Positions 39,470-52,830 of a DNA stretch of 64,000 bases are shown one piece after another. The position numbers and the translations under genes are program-made. Every line of letters starts with the position of its first letter. Position 1 is the first letter of the stretch. The notes beneath the pieces are model-generated. The model did not search any database, was not told where the DNA came from, and saw only the letters and a list, made by a program, of their open reading frames with translations. The DNA is taken from positions 1,860,001 to 1,924,000 of the forward strand of contig MU058000.1 in NCBI GenBank assembly GCA_013265495.1, written 5' to 3'. Source of the DNA: Vicugna vicugna (Eukaryota).

Positions 39470-39680
39470 CTATTTTTTTTTGCAAAAAAATTAGAAATAA
39501 CAAATCCTTCATCAGTAGGGATTAAATGAAGTACAGTACATCCATGAAATGAAATACTATATAGTCATTCTACAATGGAGTAGATACACATCTGGACTTT
39601 GAAAGATGTCTATGTCTTATGTGAAAAAAAAGGCAAATTACAGAACAGAATGTATAGTATAAACCATTTGGTAAAAATAT
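39470..39680 (+). mobile_element. Old L1 (L1ME-like) 3' fragment
   Basis: 'gtacatccatgaaatgaaatactatatagtcatt...gtgaaaaaaaaggcaaattacagaacagaatgtatagtat'. Confidence 0.7.
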
Positions 39681-39817
39681 CAACTCAGTATACATAATAA
39701 ATAATATTTAATATATACTAGATACTGTATATCAAGATGACATATATTATGTAATATAATGTAATTATACATTAGTGTAATAGTATATAATAAATATACT
39801 ATAATCAAACTTTTCAC

Positions 39818-39867
39818 AATTGTGTGTTGGAATTACAAGAAATTGTGTGTTGGAATTACAAGAAATT
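39818..39867. repeat. 23-bp perfect tandem duplication
   Basis: aattgtgtgttggaattacaaga x2, followed by aatt. Confidence 0.95.
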
Positions 39868-40179
39868 CCTTTTTTCATTTCTGTATGTGAATTGTTTACA
39901 GCAAGCATGCTGATTTATAATAGTTTATAATAAAATATGTATGGTATATAATACAAAATACATAAAATTTCAGCATTAAAAAAAGACTAGAAGGAAATAC
40001 ACTAACATGATTACAATAATTGTTTCTTGTTGGTGGAACCGTGAAAGATTTTCAAAAATTATTTGTGCCCCAATACATTTTATTCCATGGATATATGCTA
40101 CACTTCTGTTTTGCTTTGTTTGTGTGTACATGTTTAATTCAACTTATTCAAGCTAAAAGAACAAAAAAACCAAAACAAA

Positions 40180-40370
40180 AATCCATCCATTTCTCCTGTT
40201 TCCCCACTCTTCCATCTCTAGCAACCAGCAATCTATTCTCTGTGTCCATGAGCTTGTCTTTTTTTTTTAAGATTCCACAAATAAATAAGTTCATATGATA
40301 TTTGTCTTTCTCTGTCTGACTTACTTCACTTAGCATAAAACCCTCAGGGTCCATCCATGTTGTTGCAAAA
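40180..40370 (-). mobile_element. L1 ORF2 C-terminus/3'UTR fragment
   Basis: ORF 40148-40354 reads 'MDPEGFMLSEVSQTEKDKYHMNLFICGI', matching the L1 ORF2p C-terminal motif (M.LE.IMLSEISQ..KDKY.M.SL..G). Confidence 0.9.
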
Positions 40371-42904
40371 GTCTTATCGTCTGTTATACCCTTGTTATAA
40401 TTGAGGGGATCAAAGTTTCTCTAACATATTTCAATAACTATTCTAAACCTTTTCATTGTTTTTAGCATCTCCTTTGGAATATAGCTGACCTGTCTTGATA
40501 TTTTCTTCTGTATTCTACCTCAAATAAATTGTAGGTGTTCTTTATAGTTTTAGAACTGTACTATGGAAAACTCTCATTTATTCGTATAAATTATTACAGT
40601 AGCACAATTTCTTTGATTCATCTTTTGTTATGATTGTCAGTCCTACTAAATGTTCTGGGAATGTTTTTTCCTTTCATGGACTCCAACTCTCTTAATCTTC
40701 ATCAAAGTAATATCATGTCTCATTACCAAAACAAGTCATTTTCTTTTAAAGTCTTTTATTACTCTCTTTTCTCCATTAAAACATCATCAATCTCATCCCT
40801 AATGCTAAATCACTGTGTGTGAAAGAAAAGTTCATTCAACTTCTACAAGCAGGTTACAAAATTAATTACAATTTTGTCTAGGAAAGATTGATATAAATTG
40901 GGATGAATATACAAAATAAATGATATTGAAGCGATATATACAGTCTGTTGAGAAATACTTGATCCTGCTAATTTTCTGGGAACACTCATACTCTCAATAT
41001 TTACATTTTAAGCGATGACACTTAAGGTGAAGTACATCTTATCATCATGGGTAACTCTCATTATATGATTATCATTTAGGAAAAGGGTACATACACTCAT
41101 ATTTTAAATCTTTTGAATATTGTGTGCTACTGGACTCAGCTGTTTTGTTCAAAAATTTTAGACAGCTTTTGTGAATATATACATGAACAAGGAAGAGTCT
41201 CCTACTTTGTTCTGAAGTTTTGCTTTGGGGGTGGAAAAGAAGAAATATTTTCTTTCTTGTTTTCTCCCCTTCTCTCCCTCCCTCCCTTCCTCCCTCTCTT
41301 CCTTTTCTCCTTCCTTTCAAGAAATACTGGTTTAAGTAAAAAGGAAGTTGACACATAAATCTACTCTCCTTAAATCATTCCCATTAGCAATGTGCATCAT
41401 ATCTTTCCAAAAGTTCATTACAATCACGTATTCCCAGACCATTTACTATTCAAAGTTAATTTTTGCAAGCCATACCCCTTAATTTCTTTCCTCTACAAAG
41501 AGAAAAGACAGAAGACAGCGCTTGTTCCCAAGTGCTTCAAACTGCTTAGATTTGGGGGAAAAAAGTGGGAAGTGCTTTTTAGAGAAATTAGTTTCTCTTG
41601 TCAACCGTCATCAAGATGAATTACACTCAGCTGCACTGCAGAAGCAAAAATGAAATCTAACATATTTGTAGCTAAGACAATAGTGTGCATATTTTTAAGT
41701 TGCATCAGGTAGGATCTATTATTTAAGATTCGTTGCTACTGTCATTGTCACAACATCCTACATTATTCGAACCAAGCATCAATTCCATTAGTCAGTCCTT
41801 CCTTTGCTGTCAAAGATGCAAATACAGGCTTGTGTTGCTTAGAGTAAATGCATCATCTGCATGGAAATGTGTCAGGAAATATTAAATGATATAAGGTATG
41901 ATTCGTAGAATAAAATCAAATAACTGGATGAGCCCCTTTCTCCCCGACAAAAGGAAAATTCCTTACAAAAAAAGCTGTAAGAGTATGAGGTCTTTGCAGT
42001 CAAGGAGAATAAGAAAACCACTTCTGTATTCCTAGTCCATAAGGTCGAGTCGGTGCTCAGTGGTCTGGTACCTAATAGGTGCTCAATACATATTTTTTAA
42101 ACAAATTACTCAGTAAATAAATGAATGAATAAAGGAATGAAAATCAAAGAAGTCTTGCTTAATGTATTAACAATCCATTATGGGAAAAATCTGACCTATT
42201 AACGTTTCCCTGGGTGTTCTGGAAAGCACGAAATAAATATATACCATCCCAAATTCCCCAATATCCGATAATGGGTCATATTTATGTCAGCCTGTACCCC
42301 TGGGAATCGGCGGTGCTTCCCTCTGCTGAACAAGACTGCATTGGTGCCAGAGTGAACTGTGTTTGAGCAGATTTTCTCGCATGCTTGCTACTTGCATGCT
42401 TTCCTCAACACGTAGATCCACGGGTCCAGAACACCAGGGGAAATTGCATTTTTTTTTTTTTGTCAGTGAGAAATATTAGATCGAGATCCATTTCATAAGT
42501 TAAGGATGAAACTTACAACACTTTCCCCAGAGCTAATCCTGAGCTTAGACATCAAAATTGGATATTGGTCAACTGCTTTAAAAGGTTTATAGCTTAACAG
42601 TCACAAGAGTGATTCCATCGAAACATCAAGACTGTCAGTTCATTTATCAGTTAATAAAATAGAATATCTACAAAAAAAGTACGTCCTATAAGTGTTTCTA
42701 TTTATTTGATGGATGATCTAATTCTTTTTGACCATTAATACCTATGTAGTTAGAAAACACCCTGCTTATTTTCATTTACTTTACTACTATTTATTATATG
42801 AATATTTTGTTAAGTATTTTGAAATTTGCATATGATGCTTCGTGGAGCCCATGATAATTTAAACTAAATTTGAAAAACAGAATTTGTTTGCAATACTAAG
42901 GACT

Positions 42905-43110
42905 AAAAATAGCTAATACTTATGAAGAATCTTTTATGCTTCATGTGCTTTATTTTACTTTATCTTTATTTCAGCTGAATGATTTGGGTATTATAATCCT
43001 TATTTCATAATTGAAGAAGACACTCAAGAGTCTGAGTAACTTGCTCATGTCTGGAAAACCAGTAAGTTACCTTCACATCTCAGCCAGTCTTGCACGACAC
43101 CAAACCTCCA
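42905..43110 (-). mobile_element. MIR SINE fragment
   Basis: 'aatagctaatacttatgaag...ttataatccttatttcataattgaagaagacactcaagagtctgagtaacttgctca'. Confidence 0.6.
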
Positions 43111-45379
43111 ACTTACAACTCAGCAAATTAAAGATTCTCTCTTTCATGAACATCACTGCCCGGCTGGTCCCTCTCTGCATTCAAAGCTATTCCCTGCTTT
43201 CTCATTAAGGTCTCTACACAAATAACAGTACAAAAGACAAACAAATATATAAATAAACATGCAGAGGGTTGTGGGAGAAAGTGTATTCTCCACTCCTAAT
43301 AGTTCCATCGCTATGAAAGAAGCTCAGTAGTGTAACGTTTCTGGCCTTTTTCACTTGACTTATCTTGGCCCAGAGGAAGAATAGTCACTTGTCTGATTAA
43401 TACATGAGGAAGAGTAGACTTGAAAAAAGGAAAGTTTGACTCACAACTCCCTTATTTCTCTTAGGAGCAAGTTACCTCCTAGGATCGGGAGTTCCCCTGT
43501 GTTCTTTCATGTCTAAGTGCGATCCAGGCAAGCCTCGCCCGTCCCAAAGCCAGCCCTGACCCTGTGCCCTCACAGACAGGGACGCCCGCCTGTCCCTCGG
43601 CTTTATGTTAGGTCCATTTTGTTCCCATGCTAAGCTGTGACTTTCATCCTCGCCTTTATCAGAAATAACACTGAAGTTCAGCCAGCAGTGAATACTCTTG
43701 TATCTTATTTCCCAATTTGTATACATTTGGATAAAAAAATGCTATTAGTCCCCCTCAGACTCTTCAGAGACCCCAGCAAATGATAACCACCAAGTAAATT
43801 TACATATTGATACATATACATACATACACAAGCACATGAAACAGGAAATCGGAAAAATAAATTACGTTAAAACTTTTATCAACAGCTGTTTTTAGATGTC
43901 ACTTTGTTATAGGAAGAGAGTGAGTGAGTGATAGGCCTAATTTTACTGGTCTAGTCTTATTCTCAATGTGCAAACAAGCAAAGAGGAATATGAGTGATAA
44001 TATGAGTCGTATGAATACTGTTAATATTTTTCCATCTAGTTTTTGTATTTTCAAAATTATATAACACATATGTGTGGTGTTTTCATTATTAAAATGAAAT
44101 CAAAAATTTCTGTAAAGATGCTTTCCTTATGTTTTCCTCATGTTTTATTTAAGCAGCAACCTGCTGTATTACAAACCTGTGAGAGGAAAAAATTGATGCA
44201 TACTATTTTTTCTTTTTGAACATATGGGAAAACATACATTTAACTATGAGTAACATAAATATTGACATACAACTGACTATTCCTATGTCTGGGCATGAAA
44301 CATTTAATTTTAATGTCCTAAATGTTTTTACATTAGCATCTGTTTTTGCAAGTATATGCTTTTATAATTACACTGGCATTCTGAATAAAATATCTTTTTA
44401 AATAGCAAAGATGAGGTAATGCATAGGGTCCAACTATATAAGTGTGGTGTTTATTTTAGAGATGCCTCATGTTTTTCTCAGCTAGTATTTTGATAGAGCT
44501 ACTATATTTTAAGTTAACTTTATAGTGATAACATAGTACCTTGAGGATATGTATGTGAAAATAGCTAGAATTTCAACACCAGAATAATTCACACCAAGAA
44601 ATTAATTCTGACTCAGTTCTGGTGTCTGTCTCTAAAACAAGAGCAGAGGCTGAAAATCAAAAATGTAAATAGGACCACTCGTAAAATAAGTTAACTTACT
44701 TATCACGTAAGACCTATGCCCATTCTTTTGATACAGTTCGTCCAAGCTTCTGTTTCTTTCCTTCCAGCATTTCAGACTGACCAGGTATATAATACATAGA
44801 ATAGAAAATCAGGATTCATGACTCTAATTTGTTTGTTTTTTCTTTTTTTGTTTTTTCTGTAACTCTAATTTTTACCTGCAAGTTTGGGCACTTGAGCAAC
44901 ATAAACTGTCCAAACATAAGTGTTTGAAGATTGAGATGAATATGAATTTTCAGTAAAAATCAATATGAATCTTTCCCAGGTGACTTTATATGTCATAGTG
45001 TACAGTAGAGTTCTTGGGTGACCAATAAAATTATGAAAATTATCTTCTTCACTCATAAAAATACATTACTTTTTATCTTCATTGTGTATTAAAAATAATG
45101 AAGCCAGTAAAAATAGATCTACCACAAAGTTCTTATATAAAATCTATAGGGGAAAAACAAAAACCCCAGGGTTTTGTAAAGATACGGCATGGGGGTTTGC
45201 ATAAAATGACAAGCACGTACAAACTAAAAGGAATGTCTTCTCTTACACAAAATCAATAAAAATGAATAAAGATACAAGCAAGGTATTTTAAAAGACATTT
45301 TTAAAATAAATTTTCTTGCAGAGGTGGAGGAATGTTCACATCAGCTCTTAAATGTTTGTAAGAGATCATGGTTTTGGCC

Positions 45380-46290
45380 GAGATTCAGCAATGATTGCCC
45401 AATTAACCTCCCACTGCAGACTGTAATGGACATGCACAAATTATGGGCAGCAACTGTTCATGACTTTGGATGACAGATCGTGCCCAGGGCTGGGATCCTT
45501 AAAAGAAGGGACACACATAAGATAAGCTACACATTCACCCTGGGATTTCCTTTCTAAACTTAGATATGGAGCTCCCCAAAAAGACATTACCTGACAGAGG
45601 AAATGGAAGTTTGAATTCAGAGATGCAGAAGAGAGTGGAATGGGATGCACAGGACACCAGAGGGGAGGGAGCTGCCTAGAAAGGAGACTACAATCTGCAC
45701 AGGGGCCCCCTTAAATCTTCAACTAAATATGACAAGCTCTTTGTGTGCAAGGAAGGACCCAAAGCTGTCATAAATACAGGTGAGAAATTCCTTAATAAAT
45801 TTAGTACATTGAATCCAACAATAAGGAAAATATACTACATTAGAACCAAGTGGAATTTTCTCAGAAATTTCTCTAGTGATGAGTGTAGTGTGTGCATACC
45901 TTATCGAGTTAAGGAGACAAATTATATGGTCATCTTAATAGAGACAGGAAAAAGTACTTGACAAAATTCAAATAAAAAATAATAAAAAATTTCCGTATGG
46001 TAGAAACATAGAAAAACTGCTTTAATCTAATAAAGGGCACTTATCAACAACCTGCAGTTAATGTCATAGTTTGTGGTGAAAGACTGAACGGTTTACCTCT
46101 AAGATTTGAAAACAAAGCGGGGGTGTGTTAAAACGTTTTATTGAGCATTATCTGGTGAACTCCATCTAGTGCAATAAAGAAGGAGAAGTGTGAAGAGGAG
46201 AAAGACATAAAGAAGAGGAAATGAAGACATCATGTTTAGAAAAGAAGTAAAATTATTATTTAAAAATTTACATGAATGTGTGCATATAAA
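45380..46290 (+). mobile_element. Old L1M fragments (5' region plus decayed ORF2 RT region)
   Basis: 'tatatggtcatcttaatagagacaggaaaaagtacttgacaaaattcaa' (M.I.IDAEK.FDKIQ-like) and 'ggtgaaagactgaacggtttacctctaaga' (GE.L..FPL.-like). Confidence 0.75.
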
Positions 46291-46631
46291 AAAATCTAAT
46301 ATGAGGGAAATAGCATATTCGATACATCCCATCAAGGTGCTTTTGAAAGATTAAAAACATGGATTACCCACCTACTATTTACAAGGGCTACAGGAAGTTT
46401 TGTCAGTGTCTCACACAATTCTTTTTCTGACAAATAGGATCTGAGCAGTTTTAAAGCCCTAAATGATGTAGGATGAAAAGAAAGATAGAGGGATAGATAC
46501 ATATAGGTATATAGATAATGGGATATATAAATATATAATATATATTTACATAACTTTAAATGTATGTAACTTTAAATAATCAAAGTTAAACAATAAATAA
46601 TTATATACATGCTCATAACTATCTATCTGTC

Positions 46632-47032
46632 TGTTGGTTCACAAACTGGCCCCCATATAAGAAGGGCAAGTAAAGACGGAGGACAGAGGTGGCAGGTTTA
46701 AGTGTTAGGTGGTAAGTTTAATAAGCAAGGGAACTTATATACCAAGCTTGTCTTGGGCAGCCTGAAGACTAGTATGTAGATCTCTGCACCTGCCAGAATC
46801 TTAAAAGTTTCTGTAAAGGACTTCCCTGGGTTCAGCCATGTATCCAGCACAGATGGTCTCAACAACACACTGTTCCCTCAAAGCTGTGTCCTTGAAAACT
46901 GCTCCGGCTCTGGGAATGGTGGCCAGAATGCACAGTCCAAGGACAGGGGAGGAAGGGAGGGGCCTAGAACTGCCCAGGGCCAGCTCGCAGGTCAACTGGC
47001 CATCACGTCCCCTTCATGTGACCTCCTTCAAC
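46632..47032 (-). mobile_element. ERV solo LTR (probably ERV1, family not assigned)
   Basis: ~400-bp GC-richer block bounded by tgttg...caac; minus-strand ATTAAA ('gcttattaaacttacc') toward the 3' end. Confidence 0.65.
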
Positions 47033-47110
47033 TCTCTCCCTCTCTCTCTTCCTTCCTTCCTTCCTTCCTTCCTTCCTTGTCTGGCTGTCTTTCTGTCTTT
47101 CTTTCTCTCT
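47033..47110. repeat. (CT)n/(TTCC)n simple repeat
   Basis: Direct reading. Confidence 0.9.
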
Positions 47111-47699
47111 ACAACTTTCAACACAAAAAGGAAATTTTGCTACCATTGAGAATACTAAAATTAATAATCAAATATATCTCAGACCTTGAAAGCTTCTGAA
47201 AAAATAAAATAACTAATACAAAAGTTACCCTCGTGGAACTAAACATCTGGCTTCTAAAAGTAACTGCTTGGAAGGGGAGATGCTCATTTAGGTGTGAAGT
47301 TTTTCACCTGCCTATAGACAAGGACAATTCATTGTTCTTTCTATATAAGCTAAATTAGTAATAATTAGTTGTCACAAGGAAGATTGCCCATGTGAAATGA
47401 ATATATGGTATGTATTAAAGATCTCCTCAATATGTTTTCAATGTATATTAGGTTATCAAACAGTCATCAATTCACCCTATGTTTTGAATCATGTGTATTC
47501 TGACTTTTTAAAAAATACCTTAAATCCAGATATCTTTCCTAATTAATTAAATCACCTACTGATATTTTCAACAAGCATTATCTACAAAGTGGCTAATTAC
47601 AATATGATACCAGTAGTTTTTAATGTTAAGATAATGCAGAATAAAGAAAAAATTTGAATGTGAGTAGGGAATTTAAAATATTACAGAGGCATTCTTGTG

Positions 47700-47960
47700 C
47701 AGTGTCTTAACAGGTACACTGAACCAAACTGCTTTGGCTCACATACTGGCTGTACTGTCTAGTGGTTTTATTTGTTTGTTTCTTCCCTTAATCTTGATCA
47801 AATTAACTCAGCTATGCCTTAGTTTCCTCATTTACAAAATGTGAGTGATCATAGTATATCTATTTTGCTGAGTTATCGTGAGAATAAAATGAATTGATAA
47901 TGTGGAAAGTTTTAATTAGTATAAGGAAAAGTCAGTTTCTGACCCAAAGGAAGCTCTCTA
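47700..47960 (+). mobile_element. MIR SINE
   Basis: 'tgccttagtttcctcatttacaaaatgtgagtgatcatagta...gagttatcgtgagaataaaatgaattgataatgtggaaagt'. Confidence 0.8.
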
Positions 47961-48084
47961 TAAGGGGTCACTTGTATTTTATATCTTCTCTTTCACAGAT
48001 CTGTTGTGGGATAATTACGTATTATAATTGGCCTAGTCTTGAACAGTAGTTTGAACCACATCACTATTACATTATTATAAGGAT

Positions 48085-48290
48085 AATAGTTATGATTAGT
48101 TGAGCACCTAATATGTACAGGTAACTGTGGGAGGCACTCTCTTTTACCTTATTTGTTCCTCACAATAGTCTTACAAAATAGGTATGATTCAAGTATAACT
48201 ACGGGAAGAAATGAGGTTCAGAGAACTTAATATTACTTTCAAGAGCTGAGATTCAAAATCAGGTTTATCTAAAGTTCAGTTTATTCTTTC
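48085..48290 (-). mobile_element. MIR SINE
   Basis: 'ttgagcacctaatatgtacaggtaactgtg...tcctcacaatagtc...gaagaaatgaggttcagagaactta'. Confidence 0.75.
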
Positions 48291-50207
48291 TTCCATTAGG
48301 ATTATGAATTTATCACATTTTCACTCTCTTGGCCTTATATCCTCATACCTTTCTGGGTATGATATAAGAAGTTACTAGTCACTCTTTGTGAATGAGCAAG
48401 AAAACTTGAAGTAAGGTGTGTTTTTTCTTGTTTCCTTGTCCACATTGTATAATATGCTGCCCATAATACACTACCAATATTGCCATTAACAGCAGCTGGT
48501 GTCTTTATAGTGGGTAGGTAGGTCACTTTTATAGGAAAAAAAAAAGGAAGATCTCTGCTAAACATAAAGATTTCCCAATTAAAAGGGTCATTTATATAAA
48601 AACATTGAAAGCATAATAGTATTTGAAAACAAAAAAACACAAAACTGAATTTGTGGTACTTTGTAAGAGATGTAGGGTTCTGCCACTCAGCCCCCTCTCT
48701 GCACCCGGCTTCCTTCTGTAGCCCCTTGGAGTGGCTTGCTCTTTGCACAGATCCCTTCTCTGATAATTCAAAGAAGGATGACCTTTCCATTTATCCTCCC
48801 ACGGAAGTCCCCATTTTCCAGTCATAATTAGTATGATTAAGCCATAAAGAGAGAAAAAAAAAAGCCTTCTTATTACAGGACTCCCAACCACGGATGAGTT
48901 AGAGCTCTGCTTAACCTCAGGTAGTAGTGACATTTTAAAAAACTTAAAAAACTTAAGAAAAGACACACGCATAAATCTCTAACGCTGGAATTTCAGAAGA
49001 AATGTTTTTGAGCAAAAGTTTCCTCCTGGAGCCAATAAAAGTGTTAACATTTGGGTGAGAACAGTCATGATTCTTTTTAAAGATAACCTTGAGTCTCAGT
49101 GGACAGTTTTTCCTGCACGGTCGATGCGCCCCTGCGATACCATTCCTTGCTGTTAAACATCACCAGCCTGCCCTTTTCCAGCCCTCTCTTGTAGTTCAGT
49201 CTCTCACCAGAAGGACACTCTCTCCAATGTTCTTGCTATTAGTTCAAAACTATTCCTCGAACATATATGGAGTATCTTCTCCACAAAGGCAATGAGTGAG
49301 TAGTGTTACCCCTCCCGGAAACGCTTTCTCCCCTTCACACTTCCCACAGCCTGGCTAACTCCTTCTGGTCCTTTCAGTCACAGATTAGATGCCACCGCCT
49401 GCAAAGGGCTTGTCAAGAGTCAGTAATTTTGCACTTCAACCACATATTCAAAATGTATTCTCCTTAAAAATATGTACTCTTTGACGACAGCGACCATCAC
49501 ATGGCCGTGTTTATATTCCCAACACACAGAAAACACGTGCAGAGTGAATAAATGGGAGGTAATGTAGGGAAGGTAAGGAAGGTGGCAGACTATCAAGGGA
49601 CTTTATCCTTGAGTAGGATTCACTTTTCATTTATTACAATCTAAAAGTGAAAAAAAAAATGACATTGTGGTCAGGCAGCCAGGGGCAGATAAAATTTCCT
49701 GGAAATAAATATTTAACACTTTTTATTTCCAATTACAAACCTGGGAAAGTTCAAGGAAATAGACTCTTCCTCATCATACAATTATTCACCATTTTACTTG
49801 TATTCAGGAGCCACCATAACCTTCAATAGTCTTTAGGAAAAATAAATACAAGTGTTTATAACATTTAGTTCTTAGTTTATATCCATTTCCATGGATTCAA
49901 AACCCTTGGGGAGATCCTGTCAGATATTTTATCATCCACAGTATAGAGCCTGACGGCACCAACACAGGCCTTGTCAGTGGTTATTGTGAAGCATGCGGGT
50001 TATAAACTAGACGTATCCTACTGAAAAAAGATTACATGTATAATTGATGCTGCATTGATGTAAGTGAGAATTAAGATAACTGCCTACCTGATAAGCTGGG
50101 CCACCTCCTCTGGATGGTTATGTTCCAGTTCACATACCTTATTTGAAATACTAAACTACATCTTGAGATAAACAATTGGCTAGATGAGAAATCAAAAGTG
50201 TCAATGT

Positions 50208-50356
50208 GGGGAGAGGGTATAGCTCTGTGGTAGGGTATGTGCTTAGCATGCATGAGGTCCTGGGTTCAATCCCCAGTACCTCCTCTAAAAATAAGTAAAT
50301 AAATAGACCTAATTACCTCCCTCCCTAAAAATAAAATAAAATAAAATCTTTAAAAA
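50208..50356 (+). mobile_element. Camelid tRNA-Ala-derived SINE (vic-1 type)
   Basis: ggggagagggtatagctctgtggtag...gcttagcatgcatgaggtcctgggttcaatccccagtacctcc, then 'cctaattacctcc' and an A-rich tail; degenerate 15-bp TSD at 50193-50207 and 50357-50371. Confidence 0.92.
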
Positions 50357-51482
50357 CAAAAGCATTAATGTAAACTGGGGCTGATAGAAAATTATGCATC
50401 CTCACATCCTCAGATGGGAAATATAATGTCAGCATACGTGAGAAAACTCAAAAGAACATGGATTCAGTCATGTAAAGTGGGAAAGATACCGTGTTTCTCT
50501 TCATGTTGTGATGTAGCAAACATTACTAAGTTTCACTAAAAAAATAAAATGTCAAAGAAAAAAAAATAAAAAACCACAAGTACTGAGAATAACTAGACCT
50601 AAGTCACCAAGTGTCCATATTTTCAAGAAACAATTTTGCCTCTATGATATTTACCTTTGTATTGGTTGAAAACAAAAAGGTTCCAAAAGTGAAGGCACAG
50701 GGATATACTACTCATCATTCCAGGCTAGCGATCAGTATTCAAATGACAGAGAAAAAGACTTGGGTATTTCTGTACACCCCGTGGACTGTGCAGATCTAGA
50801 TCTGCCTCGTCTGATCCTGGGAGGTAAAACACTGGTATCAGAGGGCGTCAGAAGATGTAAGTGCAATAGAATCGGGTGGCATGAGTGTCCTATGACCACA
50901 GCCTGCTCTAGCAGAACCCCGGAGACCTCAATTTTGTGAAGCTAATCGGGTATAATCCTGACACTTATAAGTGAAGTCAGGTATTCAATGGTATGTTTTC
51001 ATTTGCTATGGCCAAGCAAATGCCAATCATTTCAAACTGTATCTCTAAGATCAATTTTCCTCCTTTAATTTAGACACAGCATTAAGCCAAAGTTCACACT
51101 CACACATTAATACAAAGTTTTCTCATCCTACTTTTAATTTAGAGCTTCAAATTTTGATTCATTTAGAGGACAGTCAAGCGATCTCTCGGAAAAGTGTTTA
51201 TGAAATAGTAGCATCTGCTGTGGGAGTTCAGAAACAAATCGCTAATTACCTTTTGGATCCATCTCAATGCAAAGACCTGAAATCCGGGTCAGTGGTTGTG
51301 AATAAGACTCTCTCTCACAAGCATGTCTCTTCCCCTGCCCACATACAAATGCTTCTCAAGTCTTGTTATATCCAAACGGAAATCCATGTCATATGCATAC
51401 AGGTCTAATAAAAATGCAAGAATAATAGTCAATACATACTGAGTTTTCACTAAGTCCATGCACTGTTGTATACAACTGTTCT

Positions 51483-52135
51483 ATCTTTTAATTTTAGAAT
51501 AGTGTTAGATTTACAGAAAAGTTGCAAAAATAGCACCAAGAATTTCCATATACCCTGCATCAAGTTTTCTCTATTGTGTAGATCACATATTAATATGATA
51601 CATTTGTCACAATTAATGAACCACTACTAAAATCCATACTTTATATTTCTTTAGTTTTTACATAATAATATTTTTTATCCCAAGATCTCATCCAGGATAT
51701 CATATTGCCTTTATTCATCATGTCTCCTTAGGTTCCTGTGTGACAGTTTTTCAGACTTGCCTTGATTTTGATGATGTTGATAGTTTTGAGCGGACTGGTC
51801 AGGTATGTTGTTGACTTTTCCTTAATTGGCATTTATTGGATGTTTTTCTCATAATTAGAGCGGGATTATGGGTTTTGGGGAGGAAGAACACAGAATTAAA
51901 GCACCATTCTCATTACGTCATATCAAGGATATGGACTATCAACATTATTTATCACTGTTGATGTTAACTTGGATCATAAGGCTGCAAGAGTGTTTCTTAG
52001 ACTTTCTCCACCGCAAGGTTCTTACTTTTCCCCTTCTCATGCTTCATTCTTTAGGACAAGCTCACTATGTGCAGCCTATACTTAAAAAGTGGGGAGTTAT
52101 ACTCCACCTCCTTGAGGAGTGTTATATGCCTCTTC
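51483..52135 (-). mobile_element. L1MC-like 3' end, inserted within a MIR
   Basis: 'ttagatttacagaaaagttgcaaaaatagcacc...ggttttggggaggaagaacacaga...tcactgttgatgttaacttggatca...agtggggagttatactccacctccttgagg'. Confidence 0.85.
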
Positions 52136-52139
52136 CATG

Positions 52140-52320
52140 AAACAGCACATTGAATTTTCAAGATAAATACTATGAGGTAGGTAATACTATCCCATATTAT
52201 AGATGAGGAATCTGAGGCATAGATGGGTTTAAATAAAGAAAAAGTGCTCACACCTGCATATTTAAAATCGATCAATCTCCAATATGAACTTGGGCAGCCT
52301 GGTTCTAGATCCTGAGCTCA
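52140..52320 (-). mobile_element. MIR SINE (continuation of the piece at ~51420-51480)
   Basis: 'ctatgaggtaggtaatactatcccatattatagatgaggaatctgaggcatagatgggtttaaat'. Confidence 0.8.
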
Positions 52321-52629
52321 AAGTCAAATATACCTGTGATTAACTCAGACAAGTTATGTCCAAATGGCGATCTGAACATTAAAGTCAAGTGACTGAAAGC
52401 CACTATGTAGGAGAAACTGTATGTTTGTACCGGGTACTCTAGAAAGGCAAAAGTGAAACCAATGCATGGGATAACACAAAGACAAGCACTTCAACCCCAA
52501 ATCAAGAGACAATATTCTGCAAAATGCTGAGCAATCAAATTAGAAGTAAGAAGCTGCCTGAGACTAGCAGCACTTGGATGACAGCATTATTTCAGAAAGA
52601 ATCAAGTAATAAGAATGAAAACATGTATC

Positions 52630-52830
52630 ACTTAGAATGGTTCTCCCACTTTTGTAAGTGTTTTAAGTACATTTACAAATACAATAATCATAACCACCCC
52701 CAAGGTAGCTAATGTTATTATCTTCATTTTCCAAGGATAAAATTGAGGCACATAAAATCTAAATAATTTGCCCAAGTACACACACCGAATACGTGGCAGA
52801 GTAAGTATTAAAATTCAAGTAGTCTTGGCT
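52630..52830 (-). mobile_element. MIR SINE
   Basis: 'ttattatcttcattttccaaggataaaattgaggcaca...taatttgcccaagtacacac'. Confidence 0.7.

Noticed and set aside
40148..40354. 68-aa ORF with protein-like sequence
   Set aside because: It is the decayed C-terminus of L1 ORF2p, not a host gene.
47700..48290. Inverted MIR pair as a long dsRNA or miRNA source
   Set aside because: The copies are too diverged from each other to show an extended stem by eye.
50208..50285. tRNA-Ala(AGC) gene (also 54355-54433 on the minus strand)
   Set aside because: The tRNA-like heads have mismatched stems and are followed by a SINE tail with A-rich end and TSDs, so they are SINEs.
50790..50805. 16-bp perfect palindrome gcagatctagatctgc
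   Set aside because: About one 8-bp-arm palindrome is expected by chance in a window this size.
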